From Lepidodermella squamata (Eukaryota; Animalia; Gastrotricha), in NCBI GenBank assembly GCA_047495785.1, contig JBLDXI010000009.1, positions 3,348,001 to 3,412,000 of the forward strand: 64,000 bases of DNA. Reading direction: 5' to 3'. The notes beneath the pieces are model-generated. The model had not been told where the DNA came from. It made no database searches and saw only the letters and a program-made list of their open reading frames with translations. Positions within the stretch are counted from its first letter, which is position 1; each line of letters begins with the position of its first letter. Made by a program: the position numbers and the translations under genes. Of this stretch, positions 1 to 11,700 are shown one piece after another.

Positions 1-472
1 TATTAGCAGAAAAGTTGCGATAAAATCCGAGAAGTTTTTCATGTAATGACCTAATTTCTAAAAGTTTAATTGGCCCTCACTAATAAGGAGGTCTTTTTTG
101 TCACAATAAATAATGATGCTAAACCGAGCAGCCGCAACGTGTCGCGTGGAATCCTGACACGATTTTCGTTTTAAAATAGCCATTTTCAAGGTAGACAACT
201 GGCTGATCCTCTCTTCGTGCAATCGAAATACAGTGCGGCAGCAAATCATAAGCGTTAGAACTCGGAACTGGCATACCATGGACATACTTGGACGTAGCAT
301 TAGGCGGTATCAGCGTCTCCCAATCTGGGTCAGAATCGCGGCACAGCCCAGCGCAGTGATGAATATAAATAGGATCGCCTCTTGGTATCAAGATATCACC
401 GGCAATTAGCCCGAGAGCTTTTGCGAAATCCTTTCTTGAAATCGGAAGTTTTCTTATAGTGCGTTCACAAAC

Positions 473-702
473 TACTTCGGAGAGGCGTCCGAAGTTTTCG
501 GCCTCCGAAGAATCGTAACAGGCCTCCGAAGTTGCGTAATCGCTGCCCGAAGTTTAGATTTTCGTTCACAAACGCGCGCACTTCGGCCGCGCTGCCCGAA
601 GTTTGAACAATAGACCCTCCGAAGCGGCGCGCGCGCACTCATCAAAGCACTTCGGTTCGGAGAGCCTGAAAACTACCCTCCGAAGTGCGTCCGAACCGAA
701 GT
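473..702. repeat. Left subterminal array of (CT)CCGAAGT / ACTTCGG motifs
   Basis: About a dozen copies in both orientations just inside the left TIR. Likely binding sites for the element's Myb-like protein. Confidence 0.75.
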
Positions 703-826
703 TTTAAAACAATAGAGTTGCTCGTCTGACAAGCAGTTACTTTATTGCCCAAGACTGCTGCAGTACAACAATTATTAGCTGAGTGAATGAACAGAGTAAA
801 AAACGAACGAGAGATACCAATAACAG

Positions 827-1928
827 TCAATAACCGAGAAGTTTGCGGCGAACGACGTCATTAATGTCGAAGTATAAGTGCGTAATTTCATGATCAGACA
901 AATTAGAACGCTCTAAGGCATTAAGAATAGAAGAAAACAGTTCATTTATGAAACGGCGGCGATCTGGCACGTCATCAGGCTCCAGCGACTGCAAAATGGC
1001 TCGCAGCGTCGGGTCTTCCTCGTTCTCACCGTTGTCACCGTTGCGCCGCTTCTTGGCCTTCTTGTAGCCGTTGGTAGCGACAGGTGTAGCGCTTTCGGCC
1101 GGCAATACGGCACTGGGCTGAGAAGCGGATGGCGGCAAAACATCTCCTTGAGAGTCATCGATCGGCTGTGCGGCGGCTTGATCGAAATGCGGCAGGTTGT
1201 CGTCGCCAGCGGTAGACGAGTCAACGCGATTGACGGCGGCAGTGGTGGCGGCGACGGCGGCGTTGCTTTGGCGGGAGACAGATGCCGGTGCGGAGTCGGC
1301 GGGCAGATTTCCCTTTGTTCTAGAAGAAAAACATGATTTTATTTATGAAACCAAAATTCATGATTTTTCAAACTTACTTGTTTTTGTACACGATGACGTC
1401 AGCAAGGAACGTCATGGCGTCGTAATATGGGAACCGGCTCTTCTTGTCAGCTGCAGCCGAGCCACTCGCGATGTAGGCCTTGTGGCATTTCGTAAATTTG
1501 TCCCGAAGCGAATCCCACATGTCGCGGGCTTCTTGGGCGGAGTACGGCTGCGGACCGGTTTGAACGGTGGCGGGTTTTAGTGGCAACCGTGTCGCCAGCG
1601 CGGCCCAATGGGTGTTTTTGAACACTACATCGCAGTACTTGGCGTCGGTGGGTCGCCAAAGGCACGGGTTGCACCGGACGTACTCGATGATGGCTGTGTC
1701 AACTTCGTTGCGGTGCTGATCGATTGAGATGCGGGATGACGACGACAACGACGACGACGAAGCTGGGCGAGTCGATTGCGACTGCGGTACCGGAGTGAGC
1801 GGCAGAGACGTTGAATGCCATGCTTGGGCTGGCTGCGAGTGAGGCGTCATGTTGTGGTATTGCGGCTGGCTGTCTTCAAAGCTGTTTTGGCTGGCTGGCG
1901 GGTAGTAGTAACGCATGTCGTTCATCAT
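827..1928 (-). CDS. Harbinger MADF (Myb/SANT-like) DNA-binding protein with a C-terminal BESS-like motif
   Basis: Two exons (1378-1928, 827-1319) join in frame across a GT-AG intron. MADF signature: IIEYVRCNPCLW...W...A..MWDSLRDKF...FPYYDAMTFL. C-terminus: LFSSILNALERSNLSDHEITHLYFDINDVV. Confidence 0.85.
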
Positions 1929-2179
1929 TTTCAGGCGAGTGAAATCGTAAAACTTCGAATAATTATAACGAGAACTGAAACCTTAGTGAGCAGAGCATTG
2001 CGTTTTATACCGCAAATTCCGCGCCACACTGAACACGCCCGTCAGTAATGATCAAAGGGCGCCGCCCAAGATGGCGCACGTTGGCGCAAATCTCGCAAGC
2101 TCGTCAGCTACCTTTTAATCCCTGGATCATTAATCTGCTCAGACCTACGCTAATCTTCTGTAATACTTCTGCTTTACTA

Positions 2180-2851
2180 ATGATCAGCAAGAAGAAGCGC
2201 ACGATTTTGGCCGTGGTCGACGCCAAGTACCGATTTGTTCTGGTGGACGTTGGCGCTCACGGACGTTTCAGCGACGGCGGCGTCTTCAAAAACAGCGGTT
2301 TGCTAGATTACTGCAACCAAACGACTCCAACCGAGGTCATGTCACTTCCGCCCTCTCACATCAAGGCGAATCACTATTTCGCCGCTGATGCCGCCTTTGG
2401 TTTGGATTGGAACCTACTCTCTCCGTACCCGGGCCAAACCACCGGCAATTTACCCGCCAACAAGCATACTTTCAACTACCGTTTGTCGCGCGGCCGTCGT
2501 GTCGTCGAAAATGCTTTTGGCATCGCATCGGCCCGATTTCGGCTGCTGCGCAAAACTATGGAGCTGTCGCCCGAGATGGCCGAGGACGCAGTTCTAGCGA
2601 TCACCGTTCTTCATAACTTTGCAATGGCCGAAGTCTCATCGTACCAAATCAGTGATCGAGAGGTGTGGGAGAGCTGGGAAGAGATCCAGAGCGAGGGCGC
2701 GCTGCCGAGTTTCATCCCTGAAAAGGTGCGCGACACCGGGAAGAAGGGCCTCGAACATGGTCAGCAGCTGCGATCAAATCTCACGTTGTGGTTTCAATCG
2801 GAGACGGGCATGGTTGATTGGCAGAGCAAAATGATAAATAAGAAGTATTGA
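2180..2851 (+). pseudogene. C-terminal half of a Harbinger (HARBI1-like) DDE transposase
   Basis: Motifs LAVVDAKYRF..VDVGAHGRFSDGGVF, FAADAAF and FNYRLSRGRRVVENAFG are present. The N-terminal helical region and the first catalytic GAIDG-type motif are absent; MISKKKR is fused directly to TILAVVDA. Confidence 0.85.
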
Positions 2852-3168
2852 TCCTCTTTGAAATATTGCTGAAATTTTTGCGACCGTTGAACTGCTGTTT
2901 CTCTCTTCGAAAATTGTGTCTCTCTTCGAAAATGTTGCCTAAAATTGAATAACGCCATTTATGTACTGCTTTTCATGTACTGTTTTTCGAAAAAATATTG
3001 ATTGAAAAATATTTCAATAAATTTTAGACGCTAGCGTTGCTCGTGATGTGAACATTTCGATTTTTCCATGTTCTTCGTGATTCGAGCAAAAATGGAGAAA
3101 AAATAGGACGTACAAATTCGAACCAAACCCGCGCCAGATGTGTCACGCGGTGTGAGAGCGCGCGGCCA

Positions 3169-3290
3169 AACTTCGGTCGTCACGCTGCGCGCGCGCGTAG
3201 AAAATGCCACTGATAAGGCCTCCGAAGTTTTGCTATTTCTCTCCGAAGTTTGCACTTCGCTCTCCGAAGCGTTCGGTCTCCGAAGTAGTT
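3169..3290. repeat. Right subterminal array of CTCCGAAG(T/C) / ACTTCG motifs
   Basis: Several copies of the same motif just inside the right TIR. Confidence 0.75.
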
Positions 3291-3628
3291 TGTGAACGCA
3301 CTATTAGACAGCAAAATGAGGATTGAGGATCAGTTCTAGTTTGGGCAAGGCACCAGGTTACACCCCAGGTTACCGGTGATTCAGTTGCAGGATTCAGCCT
3401 AGAAATTAAATATTTGAGATCCAAAAAAACTTCAAGATCTTAGATTATCATACCAAGTCTGTGCGTGGGAAAATTGGAAATTGGAAAGGTTCAATAATAG
3501 GAAAAAAATTATAATTTTGCTTTTTGTCATGGCTAAATTCGAGCTGGTAATTTTTTTATTTTCTCGTAATATTATGGAAAAATTATCATTAATTCCACAT
3601 AATTTATCAAGATTTTCTGGTTTTTTTC

Positions 3629-4180
3629 CTAAAGAACACAGCCACATGTGGTAGCGCTGAATGCGCTTAGATTTCGCCGAACCGTGTAACCACCCGATAC
3701 CACCAGCAATTCCAGCGGCTTTTTCGGCCCGATGGAAATGCATTTCGCCTCAATGTTGGGCAGATGGTGAACAAAACTCCAGATGGTAGCATTCGGCGAA
3801 ATTAGATGGTGCCAATTAGGATCTGCCTCGCGGCACAGCCCGGCGCAATAGGACATCGTCACGGTTGGGCCGAGGGGGAGCAGGATGTCTTTGGGGTCGG
3901 ATATTCCCAGAATTTCGGCGATGTAGCTTTTCGGCACTTTGTACTCGCGGAGGCAGCAATATGATTTGTTTGGATCTTCCCGAGTGTTCGAGCACTCTGA
4001 GATTCCAAAGTTCGGGGAAACCAAAGATTCAGACCTTGAAATGTTTTCAAATTGAAATTCAAAAAAATCAGTAAAAACAATTTACCACGCGTTGGCGAAT
4101 GAAATCAAAGCAAAAATTGTAAAATAAGCTAAATTGAAGTTCCCAGCTTCAAAATTGGAAAAACTAACAAGGAAAGACAT
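3629..4180 (-). CDS. Secreted TGF-beta-superfamily-like ligand, copy 2 (166 aa, no prodomain)
   Basis: Exon 1 (4086-4180) ends in hydrophobic ...YFTIFALISFANA. A 51-bp phase-2 intron splits a Trp codon, exactly as in copy 1. Exon 2 (3629-4034) carries C..CC..DILLP..YCAGLC..KC..CGC. Confidence 0.85.
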
Positions 4181-4701
4181 TTTTTCTGCCAAAATAAATT
4201 ATTAAAAATATGCGCAGAAGATGCGATGTTTATAACAGCCTGATGGTGTCGGCTAATTTTGTCTCGGATTATCGCGATAGCCCGATGTTAATCGCTTCAT
4301 TATAAAAAAACATACCTGGATTAATTAGGTGCCGCAAATTTGTGTGATAAAAATTGATACCTTGTTTTTCAACAGCTGCTATCGTTTATAATGGTACTGA
4401 ATAAGATTATTATCTCCACCGAAAATAGGGTTGCCATAAATGAGAGATTAATGAGGCCCAGTTTTGCCTCCCAGATGTGGAACATTACTAAACTAATTAT
4501 CATTTTTTACGGCAAAAATAACATTTGAAGACTGCTTCGAATTTTATTTTTCACACTTCGATAATGATTCTATTTGACGAAAGGCATTTTTTGGATGAAG
4601 GCCCTTAGAAATGTGTTCACAATTATTACCGACCGAAGGTGAAAGATGAGCTAGTTTTTATCTCAGTGAAATTGAATATTCTACGGAATTAGTCAATTAA
4701 T

Positions 4702-5365
4702 TCAAGCTGAACAGCCACACTGCCTAATATGAAAGTTTTTGATGGTAATGTTCCGGAATCGAGACCCGCCAAGCCGGCCGGACATTTCGTCTTCAATGTA
4801 CAACTCTTGCGATTTCACGATTTCCGAGTCGCCAATTAACGGGATGCATTTCGTGATTTGCGCGGCTAGGTGGTCGTTGAGCAGTTTCTGGATGAAAGTT
4901 GTCCGATTGTTGACGTGCAGGAAAGGCCAGTTTGGGTCGGATTCGCGGCACAGCCCGGCGCAGTATGGGACGTAGAGAACCATTGGTAGGATGATGTTAG
5001 GGTTCAGGATTTGGCGCAGTTTAGGTAGTTCGATCTGCATAGTCCGCATACAGCAAAAAGATTTGTAGGGTGTCTGATGTCGGGAAACTTCATCGCAATC
5101 CGCTGTATCACGCCTATTTCGGCTAAAAAAAAATAAAAAAATTATTACGAGAAAATTCGAATTTGTTGGAATCAAAGTTGAAATTTTTAGTTTGAAAAAT
5201 TTGAAATTTATAAAAAATTTTAAGAATTTACTGTTGCTTGTAGACGTAGTCCATGATTGCTTGGTGCGCCTTTTCAGGTGTCAAATGACCTTTGACCTCG
5301 ACCTCAGCCCCGACAACAGCAATGTAAACCAGGAAGAGTGAATAAATCGAATCGAAAAGTTTCAT
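4702..5365 (-). CDS. Secreted TGF-beta-superfamily-like ligand, copy 3 (184 aa, mini-prodomain with furin site)
   Basis: Exon 1 (5232-5365) encodes signal peptide MKLFDSIYSLFLVYIAVVGA plus about 25 aa. A phase-2 intron follows. Exon 2 (4702-5122) reads HRNRR|DTADC...FCC...NIILP...YCAGLC...KC...CGCSA. Confidence 0.87.
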
Positions 5366-5888
5366 ATTGCTAGACTAATCTAAGACTTGATTTGCTTTTA
5401 AGGTTAAACACGGGAAAAATTATATAGTTTCCTCTATGAACTAATTTTTTCGTTGTGTTGTGCGTTTGCGAGTGCGCTCGTGAAATTCCGCTTCTAATTC
5501 ATTCGAACTCGCCTTTCAAATTGTCAGCAACCTGTTATAATTAGTGCGGTTTTCATGCTTTTATATATAACAAGAACACGTAACGAAAACACGCTTCTTT
5601 ATTCACCCAACGTTTTTTTTACGCCATGAATGTTAAAAAAAAGAACAGAGCAAATTCCAGATTTTTATCAAGAAATAATTTATATAATATAATACACATC
5701 GAGTAACGGTCGTTTACGACCTATAAATAATTTACCATGGCCCGTATGATGACAGATAAATATATCAAGATGAATAATTTTTTACGTCCTTTTATATACT
5801 TCGATTAACGTGAGAAAGTGCGAAATTCTTTAAGGTGGAGTTATTAATTAGCGCGCGTTGATAAATAATAATACTGATTATAATTCGA

Positions 5889-7587
5889 CTACTTTTTCTG
5901 GCAAAACGTCAAATGCCGGTCATAGTTGTTGTGCCGCAGCATGCACTCTTTACAGCCCTGAGCGTTGAGGCCATGCGCTTCGTGAACCGCGTGAGGCGCA
6001 ACGAGGCGAGAAAATAGGAAGGTGTCCACAGCGAGGTTGTCGTGTTTCGCGAGTTGTAGCACCTTGGGAGCGTACGCCGGCATTGGGCGACCGTCGCGCC
6101 GGAACCCGGTCACCCAGTGGTTGGCCAGGTGGATTGGCGAGGCGAGGCTAACATGTCGCGAGTGAATTATATTCAACAGGTGGTGTTGCGAGGTATTCAC
6201 GGTTGATGTTAGATTTGCGCCCAGATGAGGGTAATGGCGGGCCGAGATCAAAGCTAACGAATGCCGCTGCTGGCCATAGGTGCCGAACCCAGCTTTTCCA
6301 GCGACCCACCAACATCGACGCTTCACAGAGGGTGCTTGCTGTAATAATTAAGGGCTTAATTCTGAAATTTAAAATGGAAAAAAAGAAACTAACCTGGAGT
6401 CTTAGCCGACCCCGCCGGCTAACGCAAACGAATTCGCGGGTTGAGAGGGTTTGGAGGGTAAAAAGACCCGATTTACCAGGTACTGGGCGCTCGATAAAAT
6501 ATGCTAAATTGGAGAAAGATAATGTTTAATGTCCTATATTATCGAAAAATACAATCGAAGGAAATCTCGAAGCCAGTAAATCTATATTAGGAATCAATGT
6601 CCCATTGAAAATTCCAAATTCCAGGGGAGAGAAATTTAACTACCAAACTTTCCAACAAGAATAAATTGCGTCCTATCGGGTAAATTATCATTTGTTCCCG
6701 AGCCTCTTACCAACGGGCTGCTGCCTTAAATTGAAAATTAAATTTAATTATTTAATTATTTAATTGATCGGAAATCTTCCTAAATATAATTTTTTTTTAA
6801 TTATGAATTTGTTAAAAATCGATGGAAAATTCGAAAATTCAAAAATGGTCGTTCAGTTAATGGGACCCAATTAATACAATTTATTAAATTTCTTATTCTA
6901 AATAAGTTTCTGAAATTAATTAATTAATTAAGAATTACTTGATTCATCATGAGGATCTTCGTGGTAGCTAGTCAACCGAAGCGAGGGTGCGTTGTAGCCG
7001 AATTCGTGGTACCGCATCTCCGCCGTATCGGTGCCTTCGACGCTATTACTGCTATCATCGATAATGTCGATGTCATCGCTAGGGGTCGAAATCGGCCGGC
7101 AAGATCGCCGCTCCACGAATTGCACAATGCAAGCCTGTTGTACTGGCGGTGCCGGGTTGGAACCGACTGGTAAAGGAGCTGGGTGATTGAGATCTGCCTC
7201 CCGCCTTTGTCTTCGATTTAGCGGAGGCCTCTGAAATATGCGTGCGATTTGACTAGTCAACAATGGATTGTTACTCTAAATAAAATTAAAGTTTTCTCAA
7301 ATTTACAGAAAATTAAATTAAATTTGGCTTACCAAATTATTTTTTGGCAAATTAATAACAACGGGCGTTGCTAAAGCCGTAGAAAAAATTAGCGACATGG
7401 CGGTGATGAATGAGATCAACAACAATAGGGTGAGCAACACGTAGCGCGACGATGAGGTAGGCGGTCGTTTGTCGGGGCGGGCGGCGATTACTAGCGGCAC
7501 TTTGGCGGGTAAAAATTCAACGCCAGTAATGAACAAGGCCGGCGGCTGCTGGGGCTGGTTATAAATTCTGTCGTTGTCCCATGACAT
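5889..7587 (-). CDS. Divergent fibroblast growth factor (FGF8/17/18-like) with an N-terminal hydrophobic anchor and furin site, ~410 aa
   Basis: Exons 7333-7587, 6939-7275, 6644-6724, 6394-6503 and 5889-6338 join in frame. FGF-core motifs: GLFTLQTLSTREFVCVSRRGRL, RRCWW, LALISARHY, HWVTGFRRDGRP, FLFSRL. The 110-bp exon is bounded by phase-1 and phase-0 introns, as in the conserved FGF middle exon. RRQRR precedes the core. Confidence 0.72.
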
Positions 7588-8706
7588 TAAAACAGTTCAT
7601 CGAATTATATCTGAAACAGGTATGAAAAATTGTAACCGTAAAAAAACCTAGCATAAAATTGATAGAGTTGTAGCAATGTAAAGAAATCCTGTCATTCCTA
7701 AGCTGTATAGTAAAACCGGAAAAATTTCCATTTAATTTTTGAATTATTTTGCAACGCGTGGTAAACTGGCACGCGAATTGTTTGAATAATCGCGTGCGTC
7801 CCCGCCAATATGGTTCTAGTCTATCATGTGAGGATTGGTCATTGAAAGTAAACTTGGTCTTGCTTTTTATAGCTTCCAGGTCCCACGCCTGGTTTCGAAA
7901 TGTCTGACGTCGGAAAAATTCAACAATTCAACAAACGCCTCGGGCTGGATTATAATATTTTACCTGTTATTTCACCCGCATTTGATCTCGTTTTTTATTT
8001 CATCTATTCAAGGAAAGGCGCAATTATTTTATTGCTCTAAGCGGCTCATTATCATAGGTATCCAACATTGTGCAAAGGGTGACTCATTGCGCGCTGGTCT
8101 TTTTAATGATGAATCAACCTTATTTCATCGTTTTTTTCCACCTTTCGACACGCGTCATTTAGCTAGGGAAATAGCTTCGAGAATTTATTTTAGTCCAGTG
8201 AAAAGATTATCTCCCCACGCGTGTCGACTACTTTGACTTAAGGTGTGATAAAACGATAATCCAGTTCAGCTCACCTGTAAAAAAGTAGTGACTCATCTTG
8301 TTTAATCCAAGTGCTCAATTTTCGCTCCATTTATGACCATCCTTTTATTCTTTGCCGTCAATTAAATTTCCTTCCGAGTGCAAAATCGGAACTGCGTTAT
8401 TTCATTTAAAAACAAAAAAATTATCATTCCATGTTTTTATTTCTTTTCAACACTTTTCCAATTTCTATTTTTGCATATCTTACGCGTTTTTCACGGTTTT
8501 CAAAATGAAGGTTATTGTTTTTTGTTTTTATACTCAACTCGCGAAGAATATCAGCGATTTTTACAGTGTTATCCGCGAAAAATAAATCATAAAAATAAGC
8601 GCATTCCTCGCATCAACTCTGTTTTCAGTATAAAAATATCATGATTTTTCGAAAAAAAACTCAAAACAAAAAAGATGAATGCGAAAGCTTAAAGAGATAG
8701 GTATTA

Positions 8707-11700
8707 TCATAAATCGACGCTATTTTCTTCAAGCTCGAGGATGCACCGATCAGGCGTTGATGCCAAGGCGGCGTCGGAAGTGTTGTTGTTGTTGCCACGA
8801 AGATTGTCACCACTTGCACTTAAACCAACGTAAAACGAAGCCGACATGGGCGTAACCGGCGAATTTGTGAACACGGTCGTCGCCAGGCTGAAACTGCTCT
8901 TACTCTGCGCCGGTTTCATTTCGGAAGGAGCGCTATCACACTTGGTCGGCTCAACAGCGGTTATTTCGGAAGTTTTGTTCGGTATTAAATTGCCGTTATT
9001 ACTGGTGACTATTACCGGTATTTTTCCGCTTGACGGCGAATTTGGCGGGAATTTCGACAAGCTACTCACGCTGATTGCCGGGGAGGTTACCGCATTTTTC
9101 TGGCTAATTGGCGATTTTGTGGCTATACTGCTATTCGAGCCTTCTTTTTCCGTTTTACTGCCGATTTTCGACAGCGCGGTGCGCCACCGCGACTGCGGCG
9201 CCAAGTTTTGCATCGGTTTCGCCGGGTGCATTTTCATCGCGGAAGAACTGCCGGTGGAGACTGGATCGGTCGCCGAATGGCCAGCGGCTTCGCTGGTTTG
9301 GCCTGCGTCGTTTTGGTCACCCTGCGCATCGCCGTCACCCCTCGCTTTACTGCGCGCACGAATTCTCCGCGCAAATCGTACCATGAGCAAGCGCCGGAAA
9401 GCGAGTGACGCTAAATCATCCTGAAAAATTGACAAATTAAATTAAAATTCTTTAAATATATTTTAAAACTAAAATGAAATGTATTCACACGAAAATTAGA
9501 AAAAAGCTGTTAATATATAAGCAGAAATTAAAATCAAATTCGTTAGCAAAAAGGACACACGGCTATAGGGTTTGTGCTTGGGTAGTAGCAGCGATAGTTC
9601 TGTCAACCAAAATATTAAACGATAATAAGAAAAATTAAATTTCCGATGAAGTTATACATAGGCCTAAAGGGTTGTTGAACATCAAGCGATCAAAAATTCG
9701 TCAGATTTTTCAGATATGATAGAATATCGCGGGATAGATAGCTATTTTTTTTTACTCAAGTCGAAAACCGCTATTATATGAGACAAATTAAGTCGTTTAA
9801 TCACACACCGCTACTCATGAGAATGATGCTGATCAAAGTTTTTCAATCTCCATTTTACCATTTTAGAAAAACGCGATGCGGAACGGTTGCGGGTAGGGCT
9901 GAGATGTGCCTGTGGTAGGTGGTGTTCTTCCATCGAGGGCGTCTTTTTCGCCACAATAATTAGACAACAAAAAAATGAGAGGATTTAGGAAAATGACGCG
10001 TGATTTGATTTCAGAATTTTTCTATACGCACTTCTGCTATCATTGTCGGTATTGCGACGTTACTGATGAAGCGTCGCGTTCGGCCAAGCGGAACAGCTAG
10101 CTCCAGGGAAGACCGCCCTGGGGATATCGCAGGGCTATCACTCGAAAGCCGATTCAGCTCGGAATTTGTTGAGTTAATGTGGAATATCGGTTTATGAACA
10201 ACGCTTTGAGCCCGTCTATCCTCCGTCTGGCTCTCGGTATTGAAACCAAACGCTAGGCTAGACCGTTTGACGATAGCTCGGTTGAGTAAGGAACTGATTT
10301 TCGACAGCCCGGCGCCGGCTGAGCCTCGCGACGGAATCAAAGAAGCTTTTCGCAACTTCTCATTTTGTCGTTTTTCCAGCATTTTCAGCTTCAATTTTTT
10401 TACAAAGATCGAAATTAATTTCAAACTGAATCGAGAGTCAGGGGTCAATAAACCAGCAGGTCACGCTCTATTAAATTCGACTACAAATCAAGATGTTGAA
10501 GGCAACCCAAAGCATTTTCCAGACTTTTAATTTGTTAGGTAAGTATGTGTTAGAACAAATATGAAAACAAAATTGTTTTCCAATGTGCAGGGGTGGTAAT
10601 AAATATCTTTGTTAAAATTAGGCTCAATATCATGTAATGAAAGATTGGGGTCATCATCGATCGCAATAAATACCTCCGAAAAGAGTGTGCTGAGTTTCAG
10701 TGAGCAACCTGAATATTCATAATAATTATCGATTTTGAAGTCGAATTTTTTAACATATTGCAGAATTCTAACATGAAGTGTAGAATTTCCATTAAAAAAC
10801 TAAGATATTTAAAACTCAAAATATTAGCTTAAAAAATAAAAGGGTGAAAATTATTGTAAAACTGAAAATTTTAAAACAAAAATTCTAAAAAAATTGCAAT
10901 GCATTCCGTCTTATATTTTAAAAACTTACGAAATGTTTCTTGCGCCTGTGTTCCCGGCTAGCACGTTTACGCATTTTCAGCTCCTCGTCATCGCTGTCGC
11001 TTGGTGAACTGAGCGTGCTCAGTGAGCTGAACGAGGTCACGCGGTCGCGGCCTTGCGCTCCAATGTCGCAAGGCGGCTTCTTGGATTCTTTGATTGGAGG
11101 CTTGCTAGATTGAGGTTTCATCGATAGCGGCTGAATCGGGTCATTGTTATTGCCTGGCGCCCGGTCTGACGGGGATCGGCGGTCTTGGGCAGCGGTCGCG
11201 GTATTATTTGAGCGATCAGCGACCGGCGTTGCTTCCGGCTCCGAGTCAAAGGGCGCTAAGGGCGCTGGCGAAGGCGCTCTCAAGGTACGCAAGCTCGTCG
11301 TCGACGTCGAAACACCTAAAACAAATTAACGAGCAAACAATGCATTATTAGCAATATCGACAGGCACGTGAAAAGCTTCACAATTTGTTATTAAAAAATC
11401 ACCATAATTTGACCTAATTTTAATTATTCTGTATGTGTTATTGTTGTACTAAAAAAGTTTCTCTATAAATTCTAAAAACTGTTATAAAAGCTAAGGTCAT
11501 GCAGAAACGGGGACAACCCGTTTTTTGCTCTCGCCGTAAAAAGTTCAAAAACGAGGCTTTTGCTAATTTTCAGCCGTAATTTCACGCGCACGCAGCTAAC
11601 ACCGGCTGAAGTTGATTTTTTAATAAAAACTCCAAAATTCCGAAAATGTACCGTAACTCCTGAGAAAAAGCATCTTGTCCTGAAAATTAAATAAAAACGC

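Larger units (their letters stand above)
457..3303. mobile_element. PIF/Harbinger DNA transposon (internally deleted transposase, intact MADF/Myb-like gene)
   Basis: Perfect 27-bp TIRs, TAGTGCGTTCACAAACTACTTCGGAGA (457-483 and 3277-3303). TTA target-site duplication at 454-456 and 3304-3306, typical of PIF/Harbinger. Encodes a MADF protein and a HARBI1-like DDE nuclease fragment. Confidence 0.95.
119..3530 (-). pseudogene. Secreted TGF-beta-superfamily-like cystine-knot ligand, copy 1, interrupted by a Harbinger transposon
   Basis: Exon 1 (3454-3530) encodes a signal peptide, MTKSKIIIFFLLLNLSNFQFSHA. A 55-bp GT-AG intron follows (3399-3453). Exon 2 is 3304-3398 plus 119-453. Removing the element and one TTA gives a continuous 168-aa ORF: ...WCLAQTRTDPQSSFCCLRKLPISRK...DILIP...CAGLCR...HC...CGCSV, collinear with the two neighbouring genes. 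Confidence 0.85.

Noticed and set aside
473-702. CRISPR-like repeat array
   Set aside because: The repeats are short, irregularly spaced, in mixed orientation and inside a eukaryotic transposon end.
2048-2851. Domesticated HARBI1 host gene or autonomous transposase
   Set aside because: It lies inside perfect TIRs with a TSD and lacks the N-terminal half of the catalytic domain.
3629-5365. GDNF-family or DAN/bursicon identity for the cystine-knot genes
   Set aside because: The extra N-terminal C/CC pair, IIxP motif, CxGxC and terminal CxC fit the TGF-beta/activin pattern better. GDNF-type LGLG and CCRP motifs are absent.
8846-9424. 192-aa plus-strand ORF, and similar antisense ORFs such as 48513-48947, 61876-62328 and 36651-37037
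   Set aside because: These are shadows of real coding exons on the opposite strand, with no motifs or splice logic of their own.
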